Source: Gemmatimonadales bacterium (GTDB taxonomy: Bacteria; Gemmatimonadota; Gemmatimonadetes; Gemmatimonadales; GWC2-71-9). Taken from it: a stretch of DNA of 64,000 nucleotides. The notes under the pieces were generated by a model that saw only the letters and a list, made by a program, of their open reading frames with translations, did no database searches and was not told where the DNA came from. A program made the position numbers and the translations under genes. Below, piece by piece: positions 28,809-38,511 of this stretch. The DNA is taken from assembly GCA_965249575.1 (NCBI GenBank), contig OZ252244.1, positions 1,152,001-1,216,000 on the forward strand, written 5' to 3'. Numbering within the stretch: position 1 is the stretch's first letter; every line of letters starts with the position of its first letter.

Positions 28809-30191
28809 TCAGACGAGCAGACCCGCGAGGCTGGCACTCATGAACGCCGCGAGATTGCCACCGATCATGGCCTTTACCCCCAGACGGGCCAGATCACCGC
28901 GGCGCTCGGGCGCCATACCGCCGATGCCGCCAAGCTGGATTGCGATCGTGGGGATGTTGGCGAATCCCAGCAGCGCGTAGGCCGCAACGATCGTCGCCCG
29001 CGGAGACAGGACCGCCCCAGCACCCAGCATCTCACCGAGTTGGAGGTAAGCGACGAACTCCGTCGCGACGATCTTGATTCCGAGCAGCGATCCCACAGCT
29101 CCCGCGTCGGACCACGGGACCCCCATCAGCCAGGCCAACGGGGCGAGTATCCAACCCAGAATGACCTGAAGCGAGAGGTGCGGGAGGCCCGCCAGCGACC
29201 CGGCGACGCCGAGCGCGTAATCGACCATCGCGATGAGCGCGATGAACGCGAGCAGCATCGCGGCCACGTTGAGCGCGAGCTTCAGTCCTTCGGACGCCCC
29301 GGTAGCGGCCGCATCGATTACGTTGGCCTCGCGCCGCTCGAGCTCAAGGTGAACGGTTCCCTTCGTAACCGGTTCGTCGACCTCCGGAACGAGGATCTTC
29401 GAGATCAATAGCGCGGCTGGAGCGTTCATGACCGATGCCGTCAGTAGGTGACCCGCTATGTCCGGGAAGTACGGCGAGAGCATTCCCACATACGCCCCCA
29501 TCACGCTCCCAGCGATCGTCGCGAACCCCGCCACCATGACCGTGTTTAGCTCCGAGTAGGTCATCTTGCTGACGAATGGCTTGATGAGGAGAGGAGCTTC
29601 AGTTGGCCCAACGAAGATGTTCCCCGCAGCCGAGAGGGTCTCGGCACCCGACGTCCCCATGGTGCGCTGCATGGCCCACGCGATCCCTCTCACGATCCAC
29701 TGCATTACGCCCATGTAGTATAGGATCGCGGACAGCGTGGAAAAGAAGATGATGATCGGCAGCACGCTGAACGCGAAGTACGCACCAGTCGCCGCCCAGG
29801 CATCCGGCGCGGCGATCGGTGCCATGTCCGACGGCTGGCCAAGCGGCATGCCGACCGGAACGTTGTTCCGTACCAGGTTGCCGAAAACGAACCGCGCGCC
29901 TTGCTCGGTGAAGCCTAGCAGCTGCCTGAACACGCCGCTGGCGCCCGCGAACACGGCCCGCCCGACGCCCGTCTTGAGCACGACCACCCCGAACGCGGCC
30001 TGGAGCGCGACGCCCAGCGCCACGAGCCGCCACGAGATGCGTCGGCGGTTGTTGGAGAGGACCCAGGCAATCCCGATCATGGTGGCAAGGCCAACGAGCC
30101 CCATGAGCCGCGACCCGAGCGGCGTGTCGAGGCCCTCCCGAGCAGCCGCGAGTTGCTCCGCGGCCAATTGCAGCATCCAAAGCCCGTTCAT
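28809..30191 (-). CDS. NupC/CNT family nucleoside transporter
   Basis: FAFSVLPIIIFFS, GTSGAETL..NIFVG, GFATIAGS and GFAN. Confidence 0.95.
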   Translation of the reverse strand: MNGLWMLQLAAEQLAAAREGLDTPLGSRLMGLVGLATMIGIAWVLSNNRRRISWRLVALGVALQAAFGVVVLKTGVGRAVFAGASGVFRQLLGFTEQGARFVFGNLVRNNVPVGMPLGQPSDMAPIAAPDAWAATGAYFAFSVLPIIIFFSTLSAILYYMGVMQWIVRGIAWAMQRTMGTSGAETLSAAGNIFVGPTEAPLLIKPFVSKMTYSELNTVMVAGFATIAGSVMGAYVGMLSPYFPDIAGHLLTASVMNAPAALLISKILVPEVDEPVTKGTVHLELERREANVIDAAATGASEGLKLALNVAAMLLAFIALIAMVDYALGVAGSLAGLPHLSLQVILGWILAPLAWLMGVPWSDAGAVGSLLGIKIVATEFVAYLQLGEMLGAGAVLSPRATIVAAYALLGFANIPTIAIQLGGIGGMAPERRGDLARLGVKAMIGGNLAAFMSASLAGLLV

Positions 30192-30299
30192 CGTGCCTCG
30201 TCGAGAGGTTGGTTCAGTTCATGTTCCTCATGGGACCGGTATTAGCGGAAGGGGGGAGGAGTCGGAGCCGTGGGACGTCGTGGCCCGACAGCGATCACA

Positions 30300-30515
30300 T
30301 CACCGACGTGCAGAACGTACCACGCGGAGGATGGCACCCTCGTCCAGCGAGCCTGACTCCTCGACCGGCCGACCAACACCGTCCGTGACGTATGCCGTTC
30401 CACTCCGCAACATGGATGCGAGATCGGGGTCGAAGCTCGTGACGGCGTCGCGGACGCTCGCGCCGGGAGCGACGTGTACCGGTCGCTCGTTGACGAATAC
30501 GCGGACTCGTGTCAC
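30300..30515 (-). CDS. Small ubiquitin/ThiS-like fold protein
   Basis: VRVFVNERPVHVAPGASVRDAV...GAILRVV; GTGA coupling to the nucleotidase. Confidence 0.6.
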   Translation of the reverse strand: MTRVRVFVNERPVHVAPGASVRDAVTSFDPDLASMLRSGTAYVTDGVGRPVEESGSLDEGAILRVVRSARR

Positions 30516-33500
30516 CGCTCTCGATGGAACCGCGGGCTTCGGGGCACTTCAACCGGCTGTCGTAGACGCCGCAGGTACGTCACCAGTGCGTCGATATCGG
30601 AGATAGCGGTACGCTCGATCGGAAGGCCCTTCAACATGGTAAAACCGTCTCCGCCCGCCGCGAGGAAATCTGGAACCGCCAGCGTGTAAGTCTCGTTTCG
30701 TTTCAACTCGCGCCCACCGGCGAGTCGTACCTGCCTCACTCGACGTCCGGGCGCGCGGGTGGGGTCGTACCACAACTCGAGGCCCGAGACGTGCGCCCGT
30801 ACCTCGCCCGCGGCGAAAATGTGCTCCAGAGCCGCTAAAAGCGAGTCACGAGACAACGTGAGCTTCACGATCTCATTGCCGAACGGCTGCACGTGGTAGA
30901 GCTGGCCGTATGTGACCGACCCCTGCGGGAGATCCGCCCGGATTCCCCCGCTGTTCATGATGGCGACGTCTGCACGGCCGGCGTTCCTGACGCCGTCCGC
31001 CACGAGCCTCCCGAGGCCAAATTCCTCACCGCGGTTTCGGCTGGCCGGGAACTTCATGGACACGACCGGCCGGTCTTCGATTTCCCGGGTCAGCCGGCGG
31101 TATGTGTCGACGAGGCGCGCCAGGCCCGAATCCGGCCGCACGGCATCAACCCATACGGTTTCGATTTGAGAACGGACCTCGCGCTTCCCGTCCGGGCCGG
31201 TGAGGAAGTCCACCACGCCCAAGTTGGTGCCATGCGAGCGAGCCTGAATGATCGGAATCCCGTTGATCACCGTCTCGATCTCGGTGTGGGAGTGCCCACT
31301 CACGACGAGATCGACCGAGGCCGAGTCGAGCCCCCGAGCGACATCGACGATCTCGCCCTTGCAACCGCCCTGATCGCAGAATCCACCCGCGTGAGCGAGC
31401 ACGATCACCAGGTCAGGCTGCTCCGCGCGCACCGCCGGCAGCACCCTCCGGATCGCCTGCGCTCCGTCGGAAAACTCGAGATGCGCGACGTTCATCGGCC
31501 GGGTGGACACCGGCGTCGAGGTAGTGGTGAGCCCAATGACGGCCACCCGAAGCCCCGCCCGCTCGAGGAGCTCCCACTCACTCGACCACGGAGGTGCGGC
31601 ACCGTCTGCCGTTCGAATGTTGGCACTCAGCCACGGATGGCCGCTCTCGGCGAACCGGGTGCGCATGGAGTCCACGCCCCAGTCGAACTCGTGGTTCCCG
31701 ATGGCCGCCGCGTGGATCTCGAGCGCCTCGAATGCCTCGACCACCGATCGGCCGTGGAAAAAATTCGAGATGGGCGTCCCCTGCCACGCATCTCCTGCGT
31801 TGAGCCTCAGGCTGGCGCACGGGCAATCGGCCGCCAGGGAATCCATCCAGGTCTTCAGCGCGGGCGCTCCCCCTACGGCGCGCCCTTCTGACCACGACGG
31901 TGTGCGCGGCTCCAGCGCACCGTGGAAATCGTTTGTCGCCAGCACCCGCAACACGACACTGTCACGCGCTGCACTCGGAGATCCTTGAGCTCCGGCGCGC
32001 AGCGCCGCCGCCGCGCCCGGGGGGATGATGCGCCACGATCGATCGGGGTAATCAACCGCGCGCAGGAGCTCCCGGCCCCGCACCCCGTTTTCGAGAAGGG
32101 ATCGAATCGGCTGGCCGCGATCGTACAAGACCGGGAGCCCCGCCAGCAGTGAAAACCCTCCCCGGCCAAAACGCCTGTAGCTATCCAACGCCAACGTGAA
32201 CGTATCATCGGACCCCACCAGGCTGCCCCGATGGCTGAGCTGTACCAGACGTGACCCGACCGGTCGTGTCAGATCGATTACGTAGTCGACGCCGGCTACG
32301 ATGTCGACGCCGCGCGGAGGCGCGCCTGAAAGAGAGCGAGTTTCGGTTGGCGTATAGGAAGGAAGAACGGACAGGGCCCGCTCCATGTACGCACGCAGCG
32401 TTTCCCCGTCGATGCGGACGGCGGTCAGCGTGCGATCGAAGGGATAGAGGCGAAATACGTCTCGCCGACGGAAGGCTCCTTCGAAGAGCCAGGTGTTGAC
32501 GGCCGATATCGCCGAGAGCTGTGCGCCGGTTGCGGCGCGCTGCACCTGATGCACGAACTCCACGAACGACGCTTCGCCGACGGTGGCGAACTGCGTTCCC
32601 CACACCCCCTCGACGCTGGCGAGCGGTGCCGCCATCCCATTCCGCGCGTCCTCGTGGGTCTGGCTCAATCTCCGGGCGAGCGCCGGATCGGGCTGGGTCC
32701 CTCCTACCTTCACCCTGTCGACTCTGGTCCTGGCAACCCGTGGACCGCCCCCATCGGCCCTGAGCCACATGTGCACGACCGCGACGCTCAGTGCACCGGC
32801 AGCGGGCTGGACGTATCGAACGCCGTCGATGACCGAGTCTCGTAGCGGACCGTCGGTATGTCCCAGGATGACGAGGTCCGGTTTCGACGTATGTGATGCC
32901 AGCTCGCGCGCGACGTTCTCGGTCCCGACTCCGAGCGTATCATTCAGCCAGTCCCAGCGGCGATCCACCCCGCTGGACATCAGGACGACCTTCAAGTCGA
33001 CGCCCAGTTCGTCGAGCGCCTGGAGGCTCCCCTCCGCTGCGGGCCGCATGGGCGTGATGCCCACCTCTCGACCCACTTCTGGCGTCCAATCCATGACCCG
33101 CGACGTCGTAAAACCGGTGACGCCAACCGCGACGCCGGACCGCTCGAGGACGGCATATGGTTGATAGAGCAGGGTGTCGTAGGTCTCTCGCCGACGATTG
33201 ATGTTTCCGGAAACGATTGGGAGCGGTGCATCGGTGATCGCGCGGACGATGGCATCGAACCCGAACAGGAAATCGCGGTCTCCGAGGGTGACCGCGTCAT
33301 AGCCGATGCCGCTGAGGGCGTCGACGATGGGGCTGGGGCCTGGTGAGCGCGAGTTCAGGAAGTACCACGCCACGGAGTCGCCGTGCAATGCGTTGCCGGC
33401 GTCGAGGAGCACGACGCGCCGGGGGTGAGCCCTGCGAAGGGAGTCGACCACAGTGGCGACTCTACCCAGTCCCCACTGCGCCTCGCGGTCGGCCAGATAG

Positions 33501-33634
33501 TCCCAACCTACAACCCGCCCCCGTACATCCGCCGTGGCGACGATGACGACGTGAGACATGGTCTGCGCCGTACCGTTGCCCGGCGCACCTACCCCAGCGA
33601 GAGTCGAGACGAAAAGGGCGAGCACGCGTCGCAT
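30512..33634 (-). CDS. Secreted 5'-nucleotidase/2',3'-cyclic phosphodiesterase with two tandem modules
   Basis: C module has TNDFHG, AGD, GNHEFD, AHAG, GHSH and NSGGIR; the N module is homologous but degenerate. Confidence 0.9.
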   Translation of the reverse strand: MRRVLALFVSTLAGVGAPGNGTAQTMSHVVIVATADVRGRVVGWDYLADREAQWGLGRVATVVDSLRRAHPRRVVLLDAGNALHGDSVAWYFLNSRSPGPSPIVDALSGIGYDAVTLGDRDFLFGFDAIVRAITDAPLPIVSGNINRRRETYDTLLYQPYAVLERSGVAVGVTGFTTSRVMDWTPEVGREVGITPMRPAAEGSLQALDELGVDLKVVLMSSGVDRRWDWLNDTLGVGTENVARELASHTSKPDLVILGHTDGPLRDSVIDGVRYVQPAAGALSVAVVHMWLRADGGGPRVARTRVDRVKVGGTQPDPALARRLSQTHEDARNGMAAPLASVEGVWGTQFATVGEASFVEFVHQVQRAATGAQLSAISAVNTWLFEGAFRRRDVFRLYPFDRTLTAVRIDGETLRAYMERALSVLPSYTPTETRSLSGAPPRGVDIVAGVDYVIDLTRPVGSRLVQLSHRGSLVGSDDTFTLALDSYRRFGRGGFSLLAGLPVLYDRGQPIRSLLENGVRGRELLRAVDYPDRSWRIIPPGAAAALRAGAQGSPSAARDSVVLRVLATNDFHGALEPRTPSWSEGRAVGGAPALKTWMDSLAADCPCASLRLNAGDAWQGTPISNFFHGRSVVEAFEALEIHAAAIGNHEFDWGVDSMRTRFAESGHPWLSANIRTADGAAPPWSSEWELLERAGLRVAVIGLTTTSTPVSTRPMNVAHLEFSDGAQAIRRVLPAVRAEQPDLVIVLAHAGGFCDQGGCKGEIVDVARGLDSASVDLVVSGHSHTEIETVINGIPIIQARSHGTNLGVVDFLTGPDGKREVRSQIETVWVDAVRPDSGLARLVDTYRRLTREIEDRPVVSMKFPASRNRGEEFGLGRLVADGVRNAGRADVAIMNSGGIRADLPQGSVTYGQLYHVQPFGNEIVKLTLSRDSLLAALEHIFAAGEVRAHVSGLELWYDPTRAPGRRVRQVRLAGGRELKRNETYTLAVPDFLAAGGDGFTMLKGLPIERTAISDIDALVTYLRRLRQPVEVPRSPRFHRER

Positions 33635-33803
33635 CGATACGCAATCTGGGAGAGGCGGGTACGTGACGCAATCATGATCCGGCCACCGGGTGCCGCTTCG
33701 GGGTTGCGATTGGACAAGCACGTTTGAGACTGAATCTCCGTGATCGCCTCGGGAGCCGGTGCTCTGCCTGGGTTCGTGGCGGCAACATATATTCGCGTTG
33801 GCC

Positions 33804-33836
33804 ATGCCATACCGCATTCTCGTAGTCGACGACGAG
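33804..33836 (+). pseudogene. N-terminal stub of a response regulator (probably phoB)
   Basis: ATG CCA TAC CGC ATT CTC GTA GTC GAC GAC GAG = MPYRILVVDDE; similarity stops after this. Confidence 0.65.
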
Positions 33837-34056
33837 TGTCCATCACGGATCCTCCGGGGGCTGATGCATAGCCCATCGCGTCCTTAACCTGGATCCTGCT
33901 CCGGAGGAATACGAGAGCACGGAAATCGCTGACTCCCTGCTGGACTTCCAGTGGTGGGCAGTCACCGACGGTGAGAAGGACGCCCCGAACCTCGGCTGCG
34001 CGCCGATTCCGAGCCAGCTGACCCGCTGGATTGCGGACCGGCTTTCGACCCTCACG
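33833..34056 (+). pseudogene. pstS: C-terminal remnant of phosphate-binding protein PstS
   Basis: RVSITDPPGADA*PIASLTWILL, frameshift near 33900, then EEYESTEIADSLLDFQWWAVTDGEKDAPNLGCAPIPSQL; internal TAG at 33869. Confidence 0.8.
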
Positions 34057-34117
34057 GCCCAGCCGGTTTATCTTGCTCGGGTCGCGACGGCCGGAGCCGG
34101 ATTACCTCGGAGGCACA

Positions 34118-35299
34118 ATGACTAACGGTCGCCTGGGCCGAGTCTTGGCGGGTTCGTTCCGCTTGCTCATCCTCGCCCAGTTGACGCCCTCGGGGGCTAC
34201 CGCGCAGTCGCCGGAAGTACGCGTGCAAGGCCGCTTACAGGTCCACTACCGGTACAGCGCCGGCGAGGCGACGTCGAATTACGACGCGGACGCCGTCAAC
34301 AACGGCTTTGACGTGCGCCGACTGCGCATCCGGACGAGCGTGCGGCTGCGTGACAACGTCAACCTCATGATCCAGCCGAGCTTCGAGATGGGCAAGCTGC
34401 GCATGCGCGATGCCTATATGCGCGTCGGAATCGGGGAATACGTTCGGATCACCCTGGGCCAGGAGAAGTCCCCTTTTCAGCGCTACGAGCTTACCAGCTC
34501 GAACAGCCTCCCGTCCATCGAGCGGGGCCTACGCATCCGCGGGCTCAGCGGATTCGAAGCACTGAATGACGTACTCGTCAACAACGGATACGGCTCACAC
34601 GATATCGGCGCGTTTCTCGACGTGGCAAGCCCCGACGGCCGCTTCACCGTAAGGGGCGGCGTTCAGAACGGTTCCCGCGAGAGCGCGAGCGACGTCAACA
34701 ATGCCAAGAGCTTCTTCGGGCGGGTCACCGCCACCGTCCTCGCCGACTCGGACGGCGAGCCACTCGTGCGAATCGGAGGGTCGATTGCTGCCCGTGACCG
34801 AGCGATCTGCTCGGTCTGTACCGGCAGTATCGCGTTCCATCCGGATTCCTCGTGGTATACGACCGCGTTCGGCGCCGACCTGGAGATCGGCGGCTTTCGA
34901 GGCGGGCCGCATGTCGTTGCGGACTTCGCGACGGGAGACATCGTACCGCTGGCGCTCCGGGTGAACGATGGACGGAATACGGGGAACGTGACGAGCAGCA
35001 CCCCGGGAAACTCCGCCAAGTTCTGGGGCGTCCACGCCGTCGCGTCCTACCACATCGTCACGACGGGCAGCGACCGGCGGTTGGTCACCATGGTCGAGCC
35101 AGCGTTCCGCGTCGACGTCACGAACACCGACACACGGACCCCGAACACCACGAGCATCCTCCTCACTCCGGTTGTCAACGTTCACTTCAGCCGGTCTGCC
35201 GTACTCCGTGCCGGCGTCGACGTGTTTCTCTACGACGACGCGGCCGGCGCTCGTCAGACGGCCGGCGAGTTGAAGGTCGCTTGGCAGGCGAGCTTCTGA
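34118..35299 (+). CDS. Outer-membrane porin, phosphate-selective OprO/OprP-like
   Basis: Signal peptide; GRLQ..Y, FDVRRLR, DAY, GQEKSPF and IER motifs; C-terminal Phe; pho context. Confidence 0.8.
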   Translation: MTNGRLGRVLAGSFRLLILAQLTPSGATAQSPEVRVQGRLQVHYRYSAGEATSNYDADAVNNGFDVRRLRIRTSVRLRDNVNLMIQPSFEMGKLRMRDAYMRVGIGEYVRITLGQEKSPFQRYELTSSNSLPSIERGLRIRGLSGFEALNDVLVNNGYGSHDIGAFLDVASPDGRFTVRGGVQNGSRESASDVNNAKSFFGRVTATVLADSDGEPLVRIGGSIAARDRAICSVCTGSIAFHPDSSWYTTAFGADLEIGGFRGGPHVVADFATGDIVPLALRVNDGRNTGNVTSSTPGNSAKFWGVHAVASYHIVTTGSDRRLVTMVEPAFRVDVTNTDTRTPNTTSILLTPVVNVHFSRSAVLRAGVDVFLYDDAAGARQTAGELKVAWQASF

Positions 35300-35354
35300 G
35301 ATCTCACGAGGGACCCGGCTCAGAAGAGGACCCGCCGCTCCGCCATCGCCGGCC

Positions 35355-35465
35355 CAGCGGGTCGCAGACCTCGCCACCAACATCTGTGAGGACGTGGTAT
35401 TCCTCGTGGAGGGGAAGACGATCAAACATCACGCGGAGGAGAGCCAGACGACACAGGCCGGCTAA
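35355..35465 (+). pseudogene. phoU: C-terminal remnant of PhoU
   Basis: QRVADLATNICEDVVFLVEGKTIKHHAEESQTTQAG* matches the PhoU C-terminus; no start or upstream gene body. Confidence 0.85.
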
Positions 35466-35491
35466 CCGCTGAGAGACGGTCCCGTCTCTCA

Positions 35492-36256
35492 CTACCCTCC
35501 CGCCGGCGGCCTTGCCCTGAGTGGACGCCGATGCGCGGCCAGCAACTCGGGCTTTGCGAACGCCTTGATGAGTGCGACGCCCGCGACGAAACCGCCCACA
35601 TGGGCCATGAAGGCCACGCCGCCGCCCTCCCCCCCGGTGCCCGCTAGCATCGGGATCCCGCCCACGACCTGTAGCAAGGCCCAGTAGAGCAGCATGAGGT
35701 ACGCCGGTACGGCAACGGTCGTCACAAAGAATCCGAGGAACAGGAGCATGTGCACGCGCACCCGCGGGTACAGGACCAAGTAGGCACCCATAACACCGCT
35801 GATTGCGCCCGAAGCTCCAACCATCGGCACCGCCGATTCGGGACGGACCAGAATCTGCGCCAGCGCCGCCAGGATCCCGCACAACAGGTAAAACCCCACG
35901 AATCGCGCGTGTCCCATCGAGTCTTCGATGTTGTTGCCGAAGACCCAGAGAAACCACATGTTCCCGATCAGGTGGAACCACCCCCCGTGGAGGAAAATCG
36001 AAGACAGCACGGTGTACCACGGCGCGGGGGCACTCAGCACGCACGAGAGACCGGGGCCGATGGGCACTCGAGTGCCCATTGGAACCCGTTGGAGCAGCTC
36101 GGCCGGTATCGCTCCGAGCTCGCACACCGATCGCGAAAAGGTCGGCTGTAGTCCAGCCCCCTGCACGAACAGCCACACCGCGCTGGTGGCGGCGATGAGC
36201 CCCAGGGTCACGATCGGGGTCAGGTTGGTGGGGTTATCGTCTCGGTAGGGAAACAT
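35492..36256 (-). CDS. Rhomboid intramembrane serine protease
   Basis: HLIGNMWFLWVFGNNIED, GASGA and AHVGGF. Confidence 0.95.
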   Translation of the reverse strand: MFPYRDDNPTNLTPIVTLGLIAATSAVWLFVQGAGLQPTFSRSVCELGAIPAELLQRVPMGTRVPIGPGLSCVLSAPAPWYTVLSSIFLHGGWFHLIGNMWFLWVFGNNIEDSMGHARFVGFYLLCGILAALAQILVRPESAVPMVGASGAISGVMGAYLVLYPRVRVHMLLFLGFFVTTVAVPAYLMLLYWALLQVVGGIPMLAGTGGEGGGVAFMAHVGGFVAGVALIKAFAKPELLAAHRRPLRARPPAGG

Positions 36257-36431
36257 CGCTGCAAACTAACCGCTCTCACCCGGGCGGGCCCATCCCCGGC
36301 GAGGCGGCAGCCGTCGGTACCAGGTCGTGTGCCGGAGATTAGTGGCCCGAGACAACGGTAAACGCAAGTGGTATAATGAGATGCAGATAGATCACCCCTC
36401 GCTAGATTCCTGCCAAATTGGCACCTATTCG

Positions 36432-36446
36432 TGGTACGTGCCTTGC
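36432..36446 (+). promoter_or_regulatory. Putative sigma-54 (-24/-12) promoter of dnaK
   Basis: TGGTACGTGCCTTGC versus consensus TGGCACG-N4-TTGC. Confidence 0.6.
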
Positions 36447-36504
36447 GTTTGCGACCGGGGAGCGATTCTACACATCTGTCATCTCAGGTAAGGAGCTCGC
36501 CACA

Positions 36505-38433
36505 ATGGGGCAGAAAGTCATTGGCATCGATTTGGGCACGACCAACTCCGTGGTCTCGGTCATGGAGGGTGGTGACCCTGTTGTCATTCCCAACTCCGAA
36601 GGGGGTCGTACGACCCCTTCCGTGGTCGCGTTCACAAAGGATGGGGAGCGGCTCGTCGGGCAAGTGGCGAAGCGACAGGCGGTCACCAACCCCCAGAACA
36701 CGGTCTTTTCGATAAAGCGCTTCATGGGCCGGCGCGTGTCGGAGGTCTCCGAGGAGTCGAAACGCGTCCCGTACAAAGTCTCGTCTGGGAAGAACGACCT
36801 CGCTTCGGTCGACATCCAGGGGAAGACGTACACGCCCCCCGAGATCTCCGCGATGATCCTGCAGAAGATGCGGCAGACTGCGGAGGACTACCTGGGCTAC
36901 AAGGTCGAGAAGGCGGTGGTCACGGTTCCGGCCTATTTCAACGACTCGCAGCGCCAAGCCACCAAAGACGCCGGCCGCATTGCCGGCCTCGAGGTGCTCC
37001 GGATCATCAACGAGCCTACGGCGGCCGCGCTGGCGTACGGTTTGGAGAAGAAAAAAGAGGAGAAGATCGCGGTGTTCGACCTCGGAGGCGGGACGTACGA
37101 CATCTCGATCCTCGAGCTTGCCGAGGGTGTTTTCGAGGTCAAGAGCACGAACGGCGACACCCACCTTGGCGGTGACGACTTCGACCAGCGCATCATCGAA
37201 TGGCTCGTCGCCGAATTCAAGAAAGACCAGGGGATCGACCTCTCCAAGGACCCGATGGCGATTCAGCGGCTCAAGGAAGCAGCTGAAAAGGCCAAGATGG
37301 AGCTATCGACCGCGATGCAGACCGAAATCAACCTGCCGTTCATTACGGCAGATCAGTCCGGTCCCAAGCACCTGAACATCACGCTCGCGCGGTCGAAGCT
37401 CGAGCAGTTGGTGGACGACCTGGTCCAACGCACGCTTCCGCCGATGAAACAGGCGCTGAAGGATGCCGGGCTGCAACCGGCCGACATCAACGAGGTGATC
37501 CTGGTCGGCGGATCCACCCGCATGCCGAAGGTCCAGGAGATCGTCAAAGGGTTCTTCGAGCGAGAGCCGCACAAGGGCGTCAACCCCGACGAAGTGGTCG
37601 CCATCGGTGCGGCAATCCAGGGCGGGGTGCTGGCCGGGGACGTAAAGGACGTGCTTCTGCTCGACGTGACACCGCTCTCCCTCGGGATCGAGACCCTGGG
37701 CGGAGTTACCACGGTTCTGATCTCGCGGAACACGACCATCCCGACCAAGAAATCGGAGGTCTTTTCCACGGCGGAGGACAGCCAGACCACCGTCGAGATC
37801 CACGTGTTACAAGGCGAGCGGGAGATGGCAATCGACAACCGCACCATTGGCCGATTCCAGCTCACCGGAATTCCGCCGGCGCCTCGCGGCATGCCACAGA
37901 TCGAGGTGACGTTCGACATCGATGCCAACGGGATCCTCCACGTGTCCGCCAAGGACAAGGCGACCGGCAAGGAGCAAAAGATCCGTATCGAGGCATCGAG
38001 TGGTTTGTCGGAACAGGAGATCGAGAAGATGGTCGGCGCGGCCTCCGAGCATGCCGAAGAGGACAAGAAGCGGCGGGAGGAGATCGAACATCGGAACCGC
38101 TTGGACGCCATGGTTTACGAAGTGGAGAAGAACAGCAAGGAATGGGCGGACCGCCTGGAAAGCAGCCAAAAGGAGCGGCTGGATGCGGCGGTGGATTCAG
38201 CCAAGAAGGCGCTCCGTTCTGGAGCGAAGGGCGAGATCGATGCCGCCCTGGAGGAGTTGTCGCAGGCCTATTCGGCCGCCGGCGCCTCGCTCTACGAGGC
38301 GACTCAGGCGCAAGAGCAAGAGCAGGAGCAGGCCGCCGGCTCGGAGGCCCCAGATGGGGAGGCCAAGGCAGACTCGAAACCCGAGGACGTCGTCGAGGCC
38401 GACTACGAGATCGTGGACGAGCAGAAATCGTAA
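36505..38433 (+). CDS. dnaK: Chaperone DnaK
   Basis: [25 protein letters not shown] and [19 protein letters not shown]. Confidence 0.99.
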   Translation: MGQKVIGIDLGTTNSVVSVMEGGDPVVIPNSEGGRTTPSVVAFTKDGERLVGQVAKRQAVTNPQNTVFSIKRFMGRRVSEVSEESKRVPYKVSSGKNDLASVDIQGKTYTPPEISAMILQKMRQTAEDYLGYKVEKAVVTVPAYFNDSQRQATKDAGRIAGLEVLRIINEPTAAALAYGLEKKKEEKIAVFDLGGGTYDISILELAEGVFEVKSTNGDTHLGGDDFDQRIIEWLVAEFKKDQGIDLSKDPMAIQRLKEAAEKAKMELSTAMQTEINLPFITADQSGPKHLNITLARSKLEQLVDDLVQRTLPPMKQALKDAGLQPADINEVILVGGSTRMPKVQEIVKGFFEREPHKGVNPDEVVAIGAAIQGGVLAGDVKDVLLLDVTPLSLGIETLGGVTTVLISRNTTIPTKKSEVFSTAEDSQTTVEIHVLQGEREMAIDNRTIGRFQLTGIPPAPRGMPQIEVTFDIDANGILHVSAKDKATGKEQKIRIEASSGLSEQEIEKMVGAASEHAEEDKKRREEIEHRNRLDAMVYEVEKNSKEWADRLESSQKERLDAAVDSAKKALRSGAKGEIDAALEELSQAYSAAGASLYEATQAQEQEQEQAAGSEAPDGEAKADSKPEDVVEADYEIVDEQKS

Positions 38434-38511
38434 CGTCAACGGTCGATTGCCGAGCCCCAACCCGGAGCGAACTCCGCTTCGGGCGTCGGTTACTGACTAT
38501 CGAGGAATGAC

